Notes under the pieces: model-generated
What the model was told of the DNA's origin: nothing
The model's input: the letters and a program-made list of their open reading frames with translations, nothing else
Databases searched by the model: none
Made by a program: the position numbers and the translations under genes
Shown: piece by piece, positions 34,903 to 43,784 of the stretch
Position numbering within the stretch: position 1 is the first letter of the stretch
Layout: every line of letters starts with the position of its first letter
Sequence record: PZ452608.1
Length of the DNA stretch: 64,000 bases
DNA from: a phage
Reading direction: 5' to 3' (one strand)

Positions 34903-35703
34903 ATGAATACTACTGTAGACCAAATGCTTAAAGAAAAAGGTATTGATGAAGCATTTTTAATCAATGCTGTAGAAAGCATGGCTATGATTCTTCGTGGAAA
35001 TAACTATACAGAACAGTTTATGCCAAAAAGCTATAACTTGCCTGAAGATAAAACTGATAACGGTGCTTTTGCAGAGCAGGTTAATATGATGTTGTCAGAT
35101 ACTACACTTGCCCTTGCATCTATTGCAGTCGGTGTTGATGCGCTTGCAGAGTTCATTTTTTATGAAATGCAAAAGAATGACTATATCAGGATGTCAGATG
35201 AAGAAAAGGAACTATTGCTGACTAAGGATACTGATTTCCTTATTGACACACTAATCTCATCAACAAGTGCTGTTATGGCAGTTCTTGAGAAGCGCATGGA
35301 AGAGAAGTTGTCACGGTATGAAAAACTTGATTGGGGCGTAGAAGAGTTAAGCCCACGAATCAAAGAAATTATCCAGCAAACTAAAGAGTCTTTGGAAGAA
35401 GCTGTTGAAAATGACTCTGTAGCTGATATAGAACCTCTTCAGGTGAAAGTTGCACTGATGATTCCAGCTATCTCTACGATGATGAATATCGTTGCACTAA
35501 TCCAACTTTCACAGATGATGGGTGTAAGTATTGAGTTCATTGAAGAGATGACTGGTGGCGTTAGTATGCAAGCAATCAATGATGTTTTGGTGAACATCGG
35601 TGCTTCAATCATTGAAGAGAAACTACGCATTAACTTCGGTGATGATTTTGTGAAGCAAATCTCAGCTATGGCTGAAAAAGAGTCTGCTGAGCAACTGCAC
35701 TAA
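34903..35703 (+). CDS. Hypothetical acidic early protein
   Basis: 266 aa ORF, ATG abuts upstream stop. Confidence 0.5.
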   Translation: MNTTVDQMLKEKGIDEAFLINAVESMAMILRGNNYTEQFMPKSYNLPEDKTDNGAFAEQVNMMLSDTTLALASIAVGVDALAEFIFYEMQKNDYIRMSDEEKELLLTKDTDFLIDTLISSTSAVMAVLEKRMEEKLSRYEKLDWGVEELSPRIKEIIQQTKESLEEAVENDSVADIEPLQVKVALMIPAISTMMNIVALIQLSQMMGVSIEFIEEMTGGVSMQAINDVLVNIGASIIEEKLRINFGDDFVKQISAMAEKESAEQLH

Positions 35704-35720
35704 GTCTTTATAAATCTTAC

Positions 35721-35745
35721 AAGCCTCCTTAGTTGGGGGCTTTTT
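35721..35745 (+). terminator. Intrinsic terminator
   Basis: AAGCCTCC-ttagtt-GGGGGCTT followed by TTTTT. Confidence 0.6.
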
Positions 35746-35764
35746 AGTAATTAAAGGAGATAAA

Positions 35765-36508
35765 ATGAGTAATATTATCGCATTTACTGGAAAGGCACGT
35801 TCTGGAAAAGACACCTCATGTTCTATTGTGAAGAACATCTTAGAGGATGAGTACGGCTACAATGTTGCTGTAATGGCCTTTGCAGACAACCTTAAACTGT
35901 CTGCATCAAAGATATTTGACCTGACTTGGAATGACCTGTATGGTGAAACTAAAGAGACTCCACAAGTATTTGACTTATCATATCCTGAACTGATGTTTAA
36001 AGTTACGGAAGCTATGGAGTTCACCTTCAGAGATGAACGTTACCATATGGACTTCAAGCTTATGTCAGAGTTAACCGGACGATTAATCATGGAGCTTAAG
36101 AAGGTTGCTAAACCTACCCTATTAACACGTCTGGGATTTAGTAAAAAGTATAAATTCTCATCAAGACAAATTCAACAGATTTGGGGTACTGAAGTTGTCC
36201 GTAAAGTAATGGGCGACAAGTTCTGGTCTAAAGACCTTGAAAAAAGAATGGTTAGATTCCATGAAATGTGCTCACTTAGAAATCAATATGGTTTTGTCTT
36301 AATCAGTGATTTAAGATTTGACTCTGAAGCTGAATGGCTGAGTAGATTTGCACACCAAACTATTGAAGTAAAAAGAGACAATGTGGACAAGGTTTCATCA
36401 CATGTTTCAGAAAATGGGATTTCTACAAAATATGAGCGTGACATTATTCATAATAATGGTACTCTTGCAGACCTTGAGAACAAGCTAAGAGCCATCATTA
36501 AAGTTTAA
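35765..36508 (+). CDS. Deoxynucleoside monophosphate kinase (T4 gene 1-like)
   Basis: P-loop AFTGKARSGKDT; LISDLRFDSEAEW and C-terminal HNNGTLADLENKLRAIIKV resemble T4 dNMP kinase as recalled. Confidence 0.8.
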   Translation: MSNIIAFTGKARSGKDTSCSIVKNILEDEYGYNVAVMAFADNLKLSASKIFDLTWNDLYGETKETPQVFDLSYPELMFKVTEAMEFTFRDERYHMDFKLMSELTGRLIMELKKVAKPTLLTRLGFSKKYKFSSRQIQQIWGTEVVRKVMGDKFWSKDLEKRMVRFHEMCSLRNQYGFVLISDLRFDSEAEWLSRFAHQTIEVKRDNVDKVSSHVSENGISTKYERDIIHNNGTLADLENKLRAIIKV

Positions 36509-36516
36509 AAGAGATA

Positions 36517-36717
36517 ATGAAGATGAGAGTAAAAGACAATTTTAAAGTTATTGACCACCGTTTAGTGGAACTCTCATCTCTTTCCAATGAGGTAATGATT
36601 GAACGTCTTAAGAGAGTTGAATCACGAAGGAAAGAGATTGCAGATGAAATTCATGAACTGGACAAGATTGAAAATGGATTGAAGGCAGAACTACAACGAA
36701 GAGGTGCTAATGTCTAA
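36517..36717 (+). CDS. Hypothetical small coiled-coil protein
   Basis: 66 aa charged helical ORF. Confidence 0.45.
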   Translation: MKMRVKDNFKVIDHRLVELSSLSNEVMIERLKRVESRRKEIADEIHELDKIENGLKAELQRRGANV

Positions 36718-38695
36718 AGGTCGTAAATTGAAAGAGGCTGGTCAGTTTGTTGGTCATTGTGCATGTCCACGTTGTGGTTCATCAGATGCTGGTTCAATCT
36801 ACCACCATGACGATGATTCTTATTCGATGACTTGCTTTAGCTGTAACAAAGGTTTCCCAGAGTGGGATTTTGATAAAGGACAAATCGTGAGCACTTATTC
36901 TACTGGTTCAGATAATAAAAACCGTACTTTCCGTGGAATGGATTTAGACGATGTAAAAGAAAACCTAGAAGCAATGGACTTGAAAGATAGGAAGATTCCT
37001 GCAAAAGTCCTTGAACGCTTAGGTATCAAGGTTGACATTGACAGTGACGGTGAAATTGATGCGCACTTCTATCCAACTTACAAACGTAATGAAGATGGTA
37101 AGCTAGAACATGTTGGCTACCGTGTTCGTCACCGTTACCCAGAAGACCATCCAAAAGAGCACCTACGTGGTAAGCTAAAAGACTTTTCTGGTGGTGTTGG
37201 AGACATTAAAGGTGAACTGGCAATGTTCGGCTCATGGATTGCTCCAGAAGGTGGTAACCGTCTATTCATCTGGGAAGGTGAGATGGAATGTGCGACAGCA
37301 ATCTACATGACTTCTTTGGCGATTAAAGATAAGTCTCGTCGTAAGAATTACTGTCACGTATCTGTTCCGTCAGGTGCAAACATTAAGTCTATCAAAGATA
37401 ACTATCAGTACATTACATCATTTGATGAAATTTACTTGTGCTTTGATAACGATGAAGCAGGTGCTAAAGCTACCAAAGAGGCTGCTGGTATCCTACCTAT
37501 TGAGAAGGTTCGTTTATTCCAGTATCCAGAGGGTGTAAAAGACCTTAACGAATGGTGGACAAAGTTCTATAAAGAGAAAGACACAGTTCTTGAAGGGTTT
37601 AAGCAGCGTATCTACAATGCACCCCGTTACTGCCCTGCTGGAATCAAGAACTTCGCAGATGGTTTTGAGGCAATGAAGAATCGTGGTCAGATTCCATTGA
37701 TTCCTTTCCCAGAATCTTTCGGAGATTTGAACAGGCTGACTTATGGTGGTTACGGTTTAGGCGAGATTACAACTCTGGCAGCACCATCTTCAGTAGGTAA
37801 ATCAGCATACACTCGTGAAATGATTTACACTGCTTGGAAAGATACTGATTACAATATTGGTGTAATTCCGGTTGAAGATACCTATGAAGAGTTGATGGAG
37901 ATGCTCTGTGCAATCCACCTGAGCAAGCAGATTTCTGAGATTCCTTATGACGAACGTGATTGGGATGAATTGAAGGAAGCACACGCAGAACTATCTAAAG
38001 GTCGTCGTATCCACATCGTAGACCATCAAGGGGCAATTGACCAAGATAACTTGCTGGAGTTTGTTGACTATCTTGTTAACAGCCTTGATTGTAAGATTAT
38101 TATTCTTGACCCTATTACGTTGGCTCTGTCACGTTCAGATACGGATGAAGAGGAAGTTTTATCTGAGCTATTGCGTCGTTGCAAACGCTACCAGTATGCA
38201 CAAGTGAACGTCTGTCACGTTCGTAAGAGTGCAGGTGGTCAGAAGGCTAACTCTGAAGGTGGGGATATCTCTGAAGAGGATATTAAAGGCTCTGGTGCGT
38301 ATTTCCAGATTTCTATGAACAACATTCTGTTAATGCGTAACAAGGTTGACCCAGACCCTGTTAAGAAAAACTTGACAAAAATCAAACTAACTAAATGTCG
38401 TCGTCATGGTAAGTCAACGGGTATTGCTGGTCATACTTGGTACAATCCAGATACAGGACGCCTCATCAAAGCATCTGGTTGCGGAGTTGACATTGATGGT
38501 GCAGCAGAAAATATTCGCCAACAGTTTGGTATTGGTGAAGCTGAAGACCATTACGATGACTCTTTGCCACATTATGAGGATGAAGTGTTTGACCGTGAGA
38601 CTGGTGAAGTCTATACTGAAGAGCAGCGTCAAAGCTCAACGATTCCACCTGTATTAAGTGAGGATGCAGATGACTGCCCATTCGAAACTGAGTGA
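36710..38695 (+). CDS. Bifunctional DNA primase-helicase (T7 gp4-like)
   Basis: Zinc ribbon CPRCGSSDAG...CFSCNKG; TOPRIM LCFDNDEAGAKA; helicase Walker A AAPSSVGKSAYTRE; ATG at 36710 (track start 36704 is GTG). Confidence 0.85.
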   Translation: MSKGRKLKEAGQFVGHCACPRCGSSDAGSIYHHDDDSYSMTCFSCNKGFPEWDFDKGQIVSTYSTGSDNKNRTFRGMDLDDVKENLEAMDLKDRKIPAKVLERLGIKVDIDSDGEIDAHFYPTYKRNEDGKLEHVGYRVRHRYPEDHPKEHLRGKLKDFSGGVGDIKGELAMFGSWIAPEGGNRLFIWEGEMECATAIYMTSLAIKDKSRRKNYCHVSVPSGANIKSIKDNYQYITSFDEIYLCFDNDEAGAKATKEAAGILPIEKVRLFQYPEGVKDLNEWWTKFYKEKDTVLEGFKQRIYNAPRYCPAGIKNFADGFEAMKNRGQIPLIPFPESFGDLNRLTYGGYGLGEITTLAAPSSVGKSAYTREMIYTAWKDTDYNIGVIPVEDTYEELMEMLCAIHLSKQISEIPYDERDWDELKEAHAELSKGRRIHIVDHQGAIDQDNLLEFVDYLVNSLDCKIIILDPITLALSRSDTDEEEVLSELLRRCKRYQYAQVNVCHVRKSAGGQKANSEGGDISEEDIKGSGAYFQISMNNILLMRNKVDPDPVKKNLTKIKLTKCRRHGKSTGIAGHTWYNPDTGRLIKASGCGVDIDGAAENIRQQFGIGEAEDHYDDSLPHYEDEVFDRETGEVYTEEQRQSSTIPPVLSEDADDCPFETE

Positions 38696-38765
38696 TAGTT
38701 ATAAAAGAGAGGGGTTCACACCCTTCTTTGAAGAAAAAAGTTTAAATAAATTTCAGGAAGAGTGT

Positions 38766-38794
38766 TTGACAAAGATTGATAGGTTCTATAGAAT
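38766..38794 (+). promoter_or_regulatory. Sigma70-like promoter TTGACA-N17-TAGAAT
   Basis: TTGACA at 38766-38771 and TAGAAT at 38789-38794. Confidence 0.5.
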
Positions 38795-38947
38795 GCTCTA
38801 CATGAAATGTGATGGAGGTGTTGAGGTAGAAGAAAAGTTCCATCACAGCATAATCACAGTCACTATTACTATACCTGAACATAATATTGGTTGGCTGTTT
38901 GTAATAAAAGAAAATGTGTTTGAATATCAAGTATATCGGAGAATATC

Positions 38948-39097
38948 ATGAAACACTCTAAAGCATTTGAAAAAGTTTTTGGGGATTCCTTAAAAGCCAC
39001 TGCTGGAAAACCAGCAAAATACTATGAAGAAAAACGTGTAAGAACTGGAAAAACTGCACGTAAAGCAGCTTCTAAAGATAAGCACAACTTCCAGTAA
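38948..39097 (+). CDS. Small Lys-rich basic protein (49 aa, not in ORF track)
   Basis: MKHSKAFEKVFGDSLKATAGKPAKYYEEKRVRTGKTARKAASKDKHNFQ; lies downstream of the 38766 promoter. Confidence 0.3.
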   Translation: MKHSKAFEKVFGDSLKATAGKPAKYYEEKRVRTGKTARKAASKDKHNFQ

Positions 39098-39104
39098 TTA
39101 GTAT

Positions 39105-39133
39105 TTGACAAGAGAGTATCAACAAACTAGAAT
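39105..39133 (+). promoter_or_regulatory. Sigma70-like promoter TTGACA-N17-TAGAAT
   Basis: TTGACA at 39105-39110 and TAGAAT at 39128-39133, 37 nt upstream of the 39170 start. Confidence 0.55.
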
Positions 39134-39169
39134 TGGTACTCTTCATAAATTGAGATAGAGGTTTAAATA

Positions 39170-40027
39170 ATGTCTAAAGTTGTTAAAATGAAAGCTCCGG
39201 TAGAGAAGTACAACGGTACTGAACGTCAAACTCTGCGTTACCTGCTGAAAGATGTCTGGTTTTATTACCTGAACACTTCACCACGTCCGGGAAAAGGTAA
39301 GTCTATTGATAAGAAATTCCCAGGCAAAGACTGTAACTACAGCGTATCAATTCTGGCAGAAGACGGTAACAAACTGTTTAAAGAGTTTACTAAGTCTAAG
39401 AAAAATCCAGAAGGCTGGGATAAAGTCACTACTGAAGCAGTTGATGCAGATGACTTCGAAGAGAAGTTTGGTTGTAAACCACCTTTTGAAGCAGACACTT
39501 ACTACATCTTGAAAGTAAGTCGTGCAGCAGCTTATAAAGATGGTGCTGTATGGACAGCTAAACAGTCATTCCCTGTAATGCTGATTGAAGAAGTAAATGG
39601 TAAGCGTGTAGCTGTTAAGCAGCCGATGAAGAAAATCAAAGCTCAAGCATCTGATAAACATGAAGATGACAAGAACTATGATGTAATTCATCCAGATATT
39701 GCAGTTGGTAACGGTTCTTTTGGTAGTGTGATTCTTTCTACTCACTTCTACACTTTTGAGAACAATGTTCTGACAAAACCTATTCAGGAACAGTTTATCA
39801 TTGATACTCTTGTACCTTACACTGGTGGTAACGGTGCTAACGGTGAACCTGAACTGGATGAAGATGAATTGGCTATGCTTGGTCTTGATGGTGTTGAAGA
39901 TAACGGTGAAATCACTGAAGAAGACGCAACAGACCACAAACCTTCGAACGATTCTGATGATGGCGATGATGAAGACTTGCCGGACCCAGATGACGAAGAA
40001 GATGAAGACTTCGATACAGAAGACTAA
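39170..40027 (+). CDS. Single-stranded DNA-binding protein (T7 gp2.5-like, candidate)
   Basis: Acidic C-terminal tail DDEDLPDPDDEEDEDFDTED with near-terminal Phe; host-optimal codon usage; position between primase-helicase and exonuclease. Confidence 0.5.
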   Translation: MSKVVKMKAPVEKYNGTERQTLRYLLKDVWFYYLNTSPRPGKGKSIDKKFPGKDCNYSVSILAEDGNKLFKEFTKSKKNPEGWDKVTTEAVDADDFEEKFGCKPPFEADTYYILKVSRAAAYKDGAVWTAKQSFPVMLIEEVNGKRVAVKQPMKKIKAQASDKHEDDKNYDVIHPDIAVGNGSFGSVILSTHFYTFENNVLTKPIQEQFIIDTLVPYTGGNGANGEPELDEDELAMLGLDGVEDNGEITEEDATDHKPSNDSDDGDDEDLPDPDDEEDEDFDTED

Positions 40028-40044
40028 TCTCTAAAAGTTACTTT

Positions 40045-40073
40045 AAAGCCCTGTACTTAGTATGGGGCTTTTT
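40045..40073 (+). terminator. Intrinsic terminator (large loop)
   Basis: AAAGCCC-13 nt loop-GGGCTTT followed by TTTTT. Confidence 0.5.
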
Positions 40074-40089
40074 CATATGGAGAGTCATA

Positions 40090-41136
40090 ATGGAGAAGTA
40101 CACATTAACAAAGCTTCCCGATTCAGTTACACATGTCTTTATTGACTCTGACAGCATTGCCTATAAAGGTGCTTGTGTAGTTGAGAAAGCAAAGTATAAA
40201 TACGTTAATAAACTCACAGCAGAAGAATCTGAACCATTTGATAATGCGAAAGATGCTGCAAGATGGTTAGCAGACCAGAGAATCCTTGTGGAAGAGCTTG
40301 GCCTGACATTTGAGGAAGATGAATGGGAAAGACAAACTTGGAAAGAAGCTAAGAGTGAAAAAGAAGCTATCATGGCTACTCAACAGGTGCTTCAGGAATG
40401 GCTTAAGATTGTTGGTAAAGAAAGAACTTGGGTAGGTTATTTAACAGAGAAGGGTGTGCATAAACATAAAGACATTAAAGGTCTTGAGCACCAATATCAA
40501 GGTAATCGTAAAGATGCTGTCACACCAACACACTTAGTCGCTTGTCGTGAATACCTTTTATCCAGACCAGAGTTCAAGCTCTTAAAGGGGGGCTTCGAAG
40601 CCGATTCCATCGTAATTGCTAAAGCTGAAAAGATGGGTAAGAAGGCTGCTCTTATGAGTATTGACAAAGACCTTCGACAAGCTGAAGGGACTTATTGTAT
40701 TGATATGACTTATGAAAAGTCACCACTAATTTTTATTGCTGATAATAATGTTGGTGATATCTGGGATTGCCCTATCAAATCAAAACCAAAAGCTGCAAAA
40801 ACAGTTGGTGTAGGTTTTAAATTTTTGTGTTATCAGGCTGTTGCTGGAGATAATGCAGACAACTACTTCGGCCTTAAAGGTGCTGGTAAAGTAGCTGTGA
40901 TGAATGCTTTAGATGGTAAAGAGACCTATAAAGAGTGTCTTGATGCTATCTATGAACTCTATGCTAAAAAAGAGTCTTACACCTATGTGTCATGGGATGG
41001 ACAGACTGTTACCAAAACACCATTAGAGTTAATGGAACAGCATTTCTTCCTAGCTTATCAAGAGCGAAATAAATCAGATATTTTTTCATTTGAAAAGTAT
41101 GGTTGGACTCCAAATGTTGACTCAGCAGATACTTAA
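40090..41136 (+). CDS. 5-prime to 3-prime exonuclease / flap endonuclease
   Basis: H3TH-like motif AVAGDNADNYFGLKGAGKVAV; N-terminal acidic cluster VFIDSDSIAY. Confidence 0.7.
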   Translation: MEKYTLTKLPDSVTHVFIDSDSIAYKGACVVEKAKYKYVNKLTAEESEPFDNAKDAARWLADQRILVEELGLTFEEDEWERQTWKEAKSEKEAIMATQQVLQEWLKIVGKERTWVGYLTEKGVHKHKDIKGLEHQYQGNRKDAVTPTHLVACREYLLSRPEFKLLKGGFEADSIVIAKAEKMGKKAALMSIDKDLRQAEGTYCIDMTYEKSPLIFIADNNVGDIWDCPIKSKPKAAKTVGVGFKFLCYQAVAGDNADNYFGLKGAGKVAVMNALDGKETYKECLDAIYELYAKKESYTYVSWDGQTVTKTPLELMEQHFFLAYQERNKSDIFSFEKYGWTPNVDSADT

Positions 41137-41614
41137 AGAATATCTACACTATGACCCCGAAACAGGGGTCTTTACGTGGATAAAGAAAGCAGCTAACAGA
41201 ACAGTTATAGGTTCCATTGCGGGTACACCACATAAGCGGGGCTATATTAGGATAAAAATTAAAAGAAAATCCTATATGGCTCATGATTTAGCAATCCTGT
41301 ACACAGATGGTTTCCTGCCTAACAGGGTAGACCACCGCAACGGTATTACTAATGATAATCGGAGATTAAATCTAAGGGTTTGCACACAAGCTGAAAACTC
41401 TTGGAACAGAAGAACGCACTCCAACAACACATCTGGAGTTAAGGGTGTATCTTTCTATAAGGCTAACCAAAAATGGAAGGCCAGAATTATGACACACGGG
41501 GTATCTCATTTTCTGGGGTATTTTGACAGTATTGAAGATGCCAAAGATGCAGTCACAAAGAAAAGAGAAGAACTACATAAAGAGTTTTCAAATCACGGAG
41601 AAGCTTATGAATGA
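41090..41614 (+). CDS. HNH homing endonuclease with AP2 DNA-binding domain
   Basis: VDHRNGITNDNRRLNLRVCTQAENSWN (HNH) and GVKGVSFYKANQKWKARI (AP2-like); start codon uncertain, overlaps the 3-prime end of the exonuclease gene. Confidence 0.7.
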   Translation: MKSMVGLQMLTQQILKEYLHYDPETGVFTWIKKAANRTVIGSIAGTPHKRGYIRIKIKRKSYMAHDLAILYTDGFLPNRVDHRNGITNDNRRLNLRVCTQAENSWNRRTHSNNTSGVKGVSFYKANQKWKARIMTHGVSHFLGYFDSIEDAKDAVTKKREELHKEFSNHGEAYE

Positions 41615-42108
41615 AGATTAAAGGATTTGGCAATTGTCCCACCTACGGCCATTGGGTATCTTTGTGTGGGGAAGTTGACCCCACTAAACATTTTGGTTTT
41701 GTCTATTTAGTACACTGTAAGAAAACCGGACAATATTATATCGGAAAGAAACAGCTTAATAGTGTGACTAAAAGAAAAGTTGCTGGCAAGACTCGGAAGA
41801 AGGTAGTCACTAAGGAGAGTGATTGGATGACTTATGAAACTTCTTCTGAGTATATTAAAAAAGATATTGAGAGCTTTGGAAAAGAATTTTTTGACTTTTA
41901 CATTATTCAGACCTACTACACAAAAGGTGGCCTAGTCTATGGTGAAGCAAACCTTCAACATAAATTCGATGTAATGACAAAAAGGATTGACTCTAAGCTC
42001 AGACTCTTCTACAATGCCAATATTGCAGCAATTAAGTTTATTACTAAAGAAACTTATGAAGATGCTGAAAAAAGAATCCATAAGGTAATGAAAGCAAACT
42101 GTGCTTGA
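41611..42108 (+). CDS. GIY-YIG-like nuclease domain protein (candidate)
   Basis: FGFVYLVHCKKTGQYYIGKK with GIY/YIG-like spacing. Confidence 0.4.
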   Translation: MKIKGFGNCPTYGHWVSLCGEVDPTKHFGFVYLVHCKKTGQYYIGKKQLNSVTKRKVAGKTRKKVVTKESDWMTYETSSEYIKKDIESFGKEFFDFYIIQTYYTKGGLVYGEANLQHKFDVMTKRIDSKLRLFYNANIAAIKFITKETYEDAEKRIHKVMKANCA

Positions 42109-42129
42109 TAACTATTGAGAGAGAATAAA

Positions 42130-42378
42130 ATGTTTAATAAAAGCAAAGCTGTGAGTCATGTAGCAAAAGTTGACAGTAAGATTGAAGAACTTGAGCGCAT
42201 TCTTGCAAATGCTAGAGAGTCGATAATTAAAGAGGTTGAAGCTGTTGAATCTCAAATGCAGCACCTAATGCTTAAACGCCAAGAGCTACGTGAACATCTG
42301 GAATATATTGAAACACGAGAGCTAAAGGTTAACAGATATTTTAAGGAGTCCGAATGTTTAACTCAAGAGAATCAGTAA
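42130..42378 (+). CDS. Hypothetical small coiled-coil protein
   Basis: ATG at 42130 with GAGAGAATAAA upstream (track start 42115). Confidence 0.45.
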   Translation: MFNKSKAVSHVAKVDSKIEELERILANARESIIKEVEAVESQMQHLMLKRQELREHLEYIETRELKVNRYFKESECLTQENQ

Positions 42379-43109
42379 AAAACTGGAATCTTCGTTGCGG
42401 AAAAACTCAAAAACAACCATACAGTAATGAGTATTGGGAGTCTTTGAAATCTCAATCTCTGTGTATGCTTGAAGAAGCAAAAGAGCTTGTAAAAGCAATT
42501 GAAGAGAAAGACCCCATTGAGACACTGGATGCTCAGGCAGATTTGCAATATGTTCTTGACGGTTTGATTTACCTGTCACAACATGACCATAACGGTGCTA
42601 TGAAAGCTGTTTGCCACAATAATGACCTGAAGTACACAGACGACTATGAAGAAGCTTTAAAGCGTCTTGCAGATATTGAGAAGCGTACTGGTCAAGAGTG
42701 TATCATCAGAATGTCAGTAGTTGATGGTAAAGAGTGGTATGCGATTGTTCGTGCAGCCGATGGGAAGATTATGAAGCAATCAAATCTCCCTAAAGTTCAG
42801 CTTGGTGAATACATTGTAGAACTTGAAAGCCAAGAACTTTTTGTGGTAGTATCTGACACATGCGTTATCTGCAAAGGTATTGTATGTAGCTTAAAGGATT
42901 TGGGTGTAGATGGTTTTGTAGAAGTTAATCCAATTACCTCTAAAGCAGATAAAGATTTCTGTAAAGAGAATGGACTATGGATTGCAGATATTGTCTACTA
43001 TGATGGTGAGCAGTTCCATGTAACCTCATACCCGAAACTGAATTATGATGCTAATAACCTGAAGTGCTGGTTAAAAGGGGTTGGTTATAATGGATTCACA
43101 GAACATTAA
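42354..43109 (+). CDS. Protein with MazG-like N-terminal segment (candidate)
   Basis: EEAKELVKAIEEKDPIETLDAQADLQYVLDGLIYLS resembles the MazG EExxE...D motif region; C-terminal half unassigned. Confidence 0.35.
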   Translation: MFNSRESVKNWNLRCGKTQKQPYSNEYWESLKSQSLCMLEEAKELVKAIEEKDPIETLDAQADLQYVLDGLIYLSQHDHNGAMKAVCHNNDLKYTDDYEEALKRLADIEKRTGQECIIRMSVVDGKEWYAIVRAADGKIMKQSNLPKVQLGEYIVELESQELFVVVSDTCVICKGIVCSLKDLGVDGFVEVNPITSKADKDFCKENGLWIADIVYYDGEQFHVTSYPKLNYDANNLKCWLKGVGYNGFTEH

Positions 43110-43413
43110 TAAAGAAGGTGTGGCTCAGAAGAGCCACTTCTCAAACTACAATATCTCTATGACGGTGTTTATGAATGACCCGTTACTTGAGAAGTATGGT
43201 GAGACTCCAGATACACTTCTGGATAATGAACAAGTTTTAAAAGCAGTCCTGTACAAATACGGGATTGATATTGAGAAAGAGTATTCTTTTGAAATCTGTC
43301 AACACAGGAATACTTTTGGTAAAGTTGTAATGGCTCCACTCTTCATGGGTGTAGAAAGAACTGACTATGGTTGGTTATATCTAAAAAGAAACTTGGAGAA
43401 ATACCGTGTCTAA
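43090..43413 (+). CDS. Hypothetical protein
   Basis: ATG at 43090 (track start 43081 is TTG). Confidence 0.45.
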   Translation: MDSQNINKEGVAQKSHFSNYNISMTVFMNDPLLEKYGETPDTLLDNEQVLKAVLYKYGIDIEKEYSFEICQHRNTFGKVVMAPLFMGVERTDYGWLYLKRNLEKYRV

Positions 43414-43738
43414 AGCAAAAAAGTTATCTTATGATGACATTATCTCAGGTGCTAAATTAGGTGTTGATAGTATCGGACAAGATGTTAAGCACGGAGACAC
43501 AGTTATGTACTGTGATGACCGAAGAGGCAGAAGTGCAATCTTGTTTGGAAGAGTTGTTTGCAAGACGCGAGGCAATTACGTTGTTGAAGACATGAATGTG
43601 GATGTCACAAAACAGCTTGAAATAATTATGAATAGTAATATATCATGGTTCGTCAATTGTATGCACACTTCGTCAGTCACAAAGGTAAGTGATAAGTTTT
43701 ACGATATGTGGCAGAATGAGCAAATTTTCAAGATTTAA
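43406..43738 (+). CDS. Hypothetical protein
   Basis: 110 aa ORF overlapping upstream stop. Confidence 0.45.
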   Translation: MSKAKKLSYDDIISGAKLGVDSIGQDVKHGDTVMYCDDRRGRSAILFGRVVCKTRGNYVVEDMNVDVTKQLEIIMNSNISWFVNCMHTSSVTKVSDKFYDMWQNEQIFKI

Positions 43739-43742
43739 ACTA

Positions 43743-43768
43743 GGGAGCCTCTTCGGAGGCTCTTCTCA
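43743..43768 (+). terminator. Intrinsic terminator-like hairpin (UUCG loop, weak U-tract)
   Basis: GGGAGCCTC-TTCG-GAGGCTCTT followed by CTCATCTG. Confidence 0.5.
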
Positions 43769-43784
43769 TCTGTAGGATTCAAAA

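Noticed and set aside
38658-38951. Track ORF overlapping the 3-prime end of the primase-helicase gene
   Set aside because: It starts with GTG inside the helicase gene, uses rare codons (agg, ata, cgg), and its internal ATG coincides with a -10 hexamer. The downstream 49-codon ORF is the more plausible gene. It is not fully excluded.
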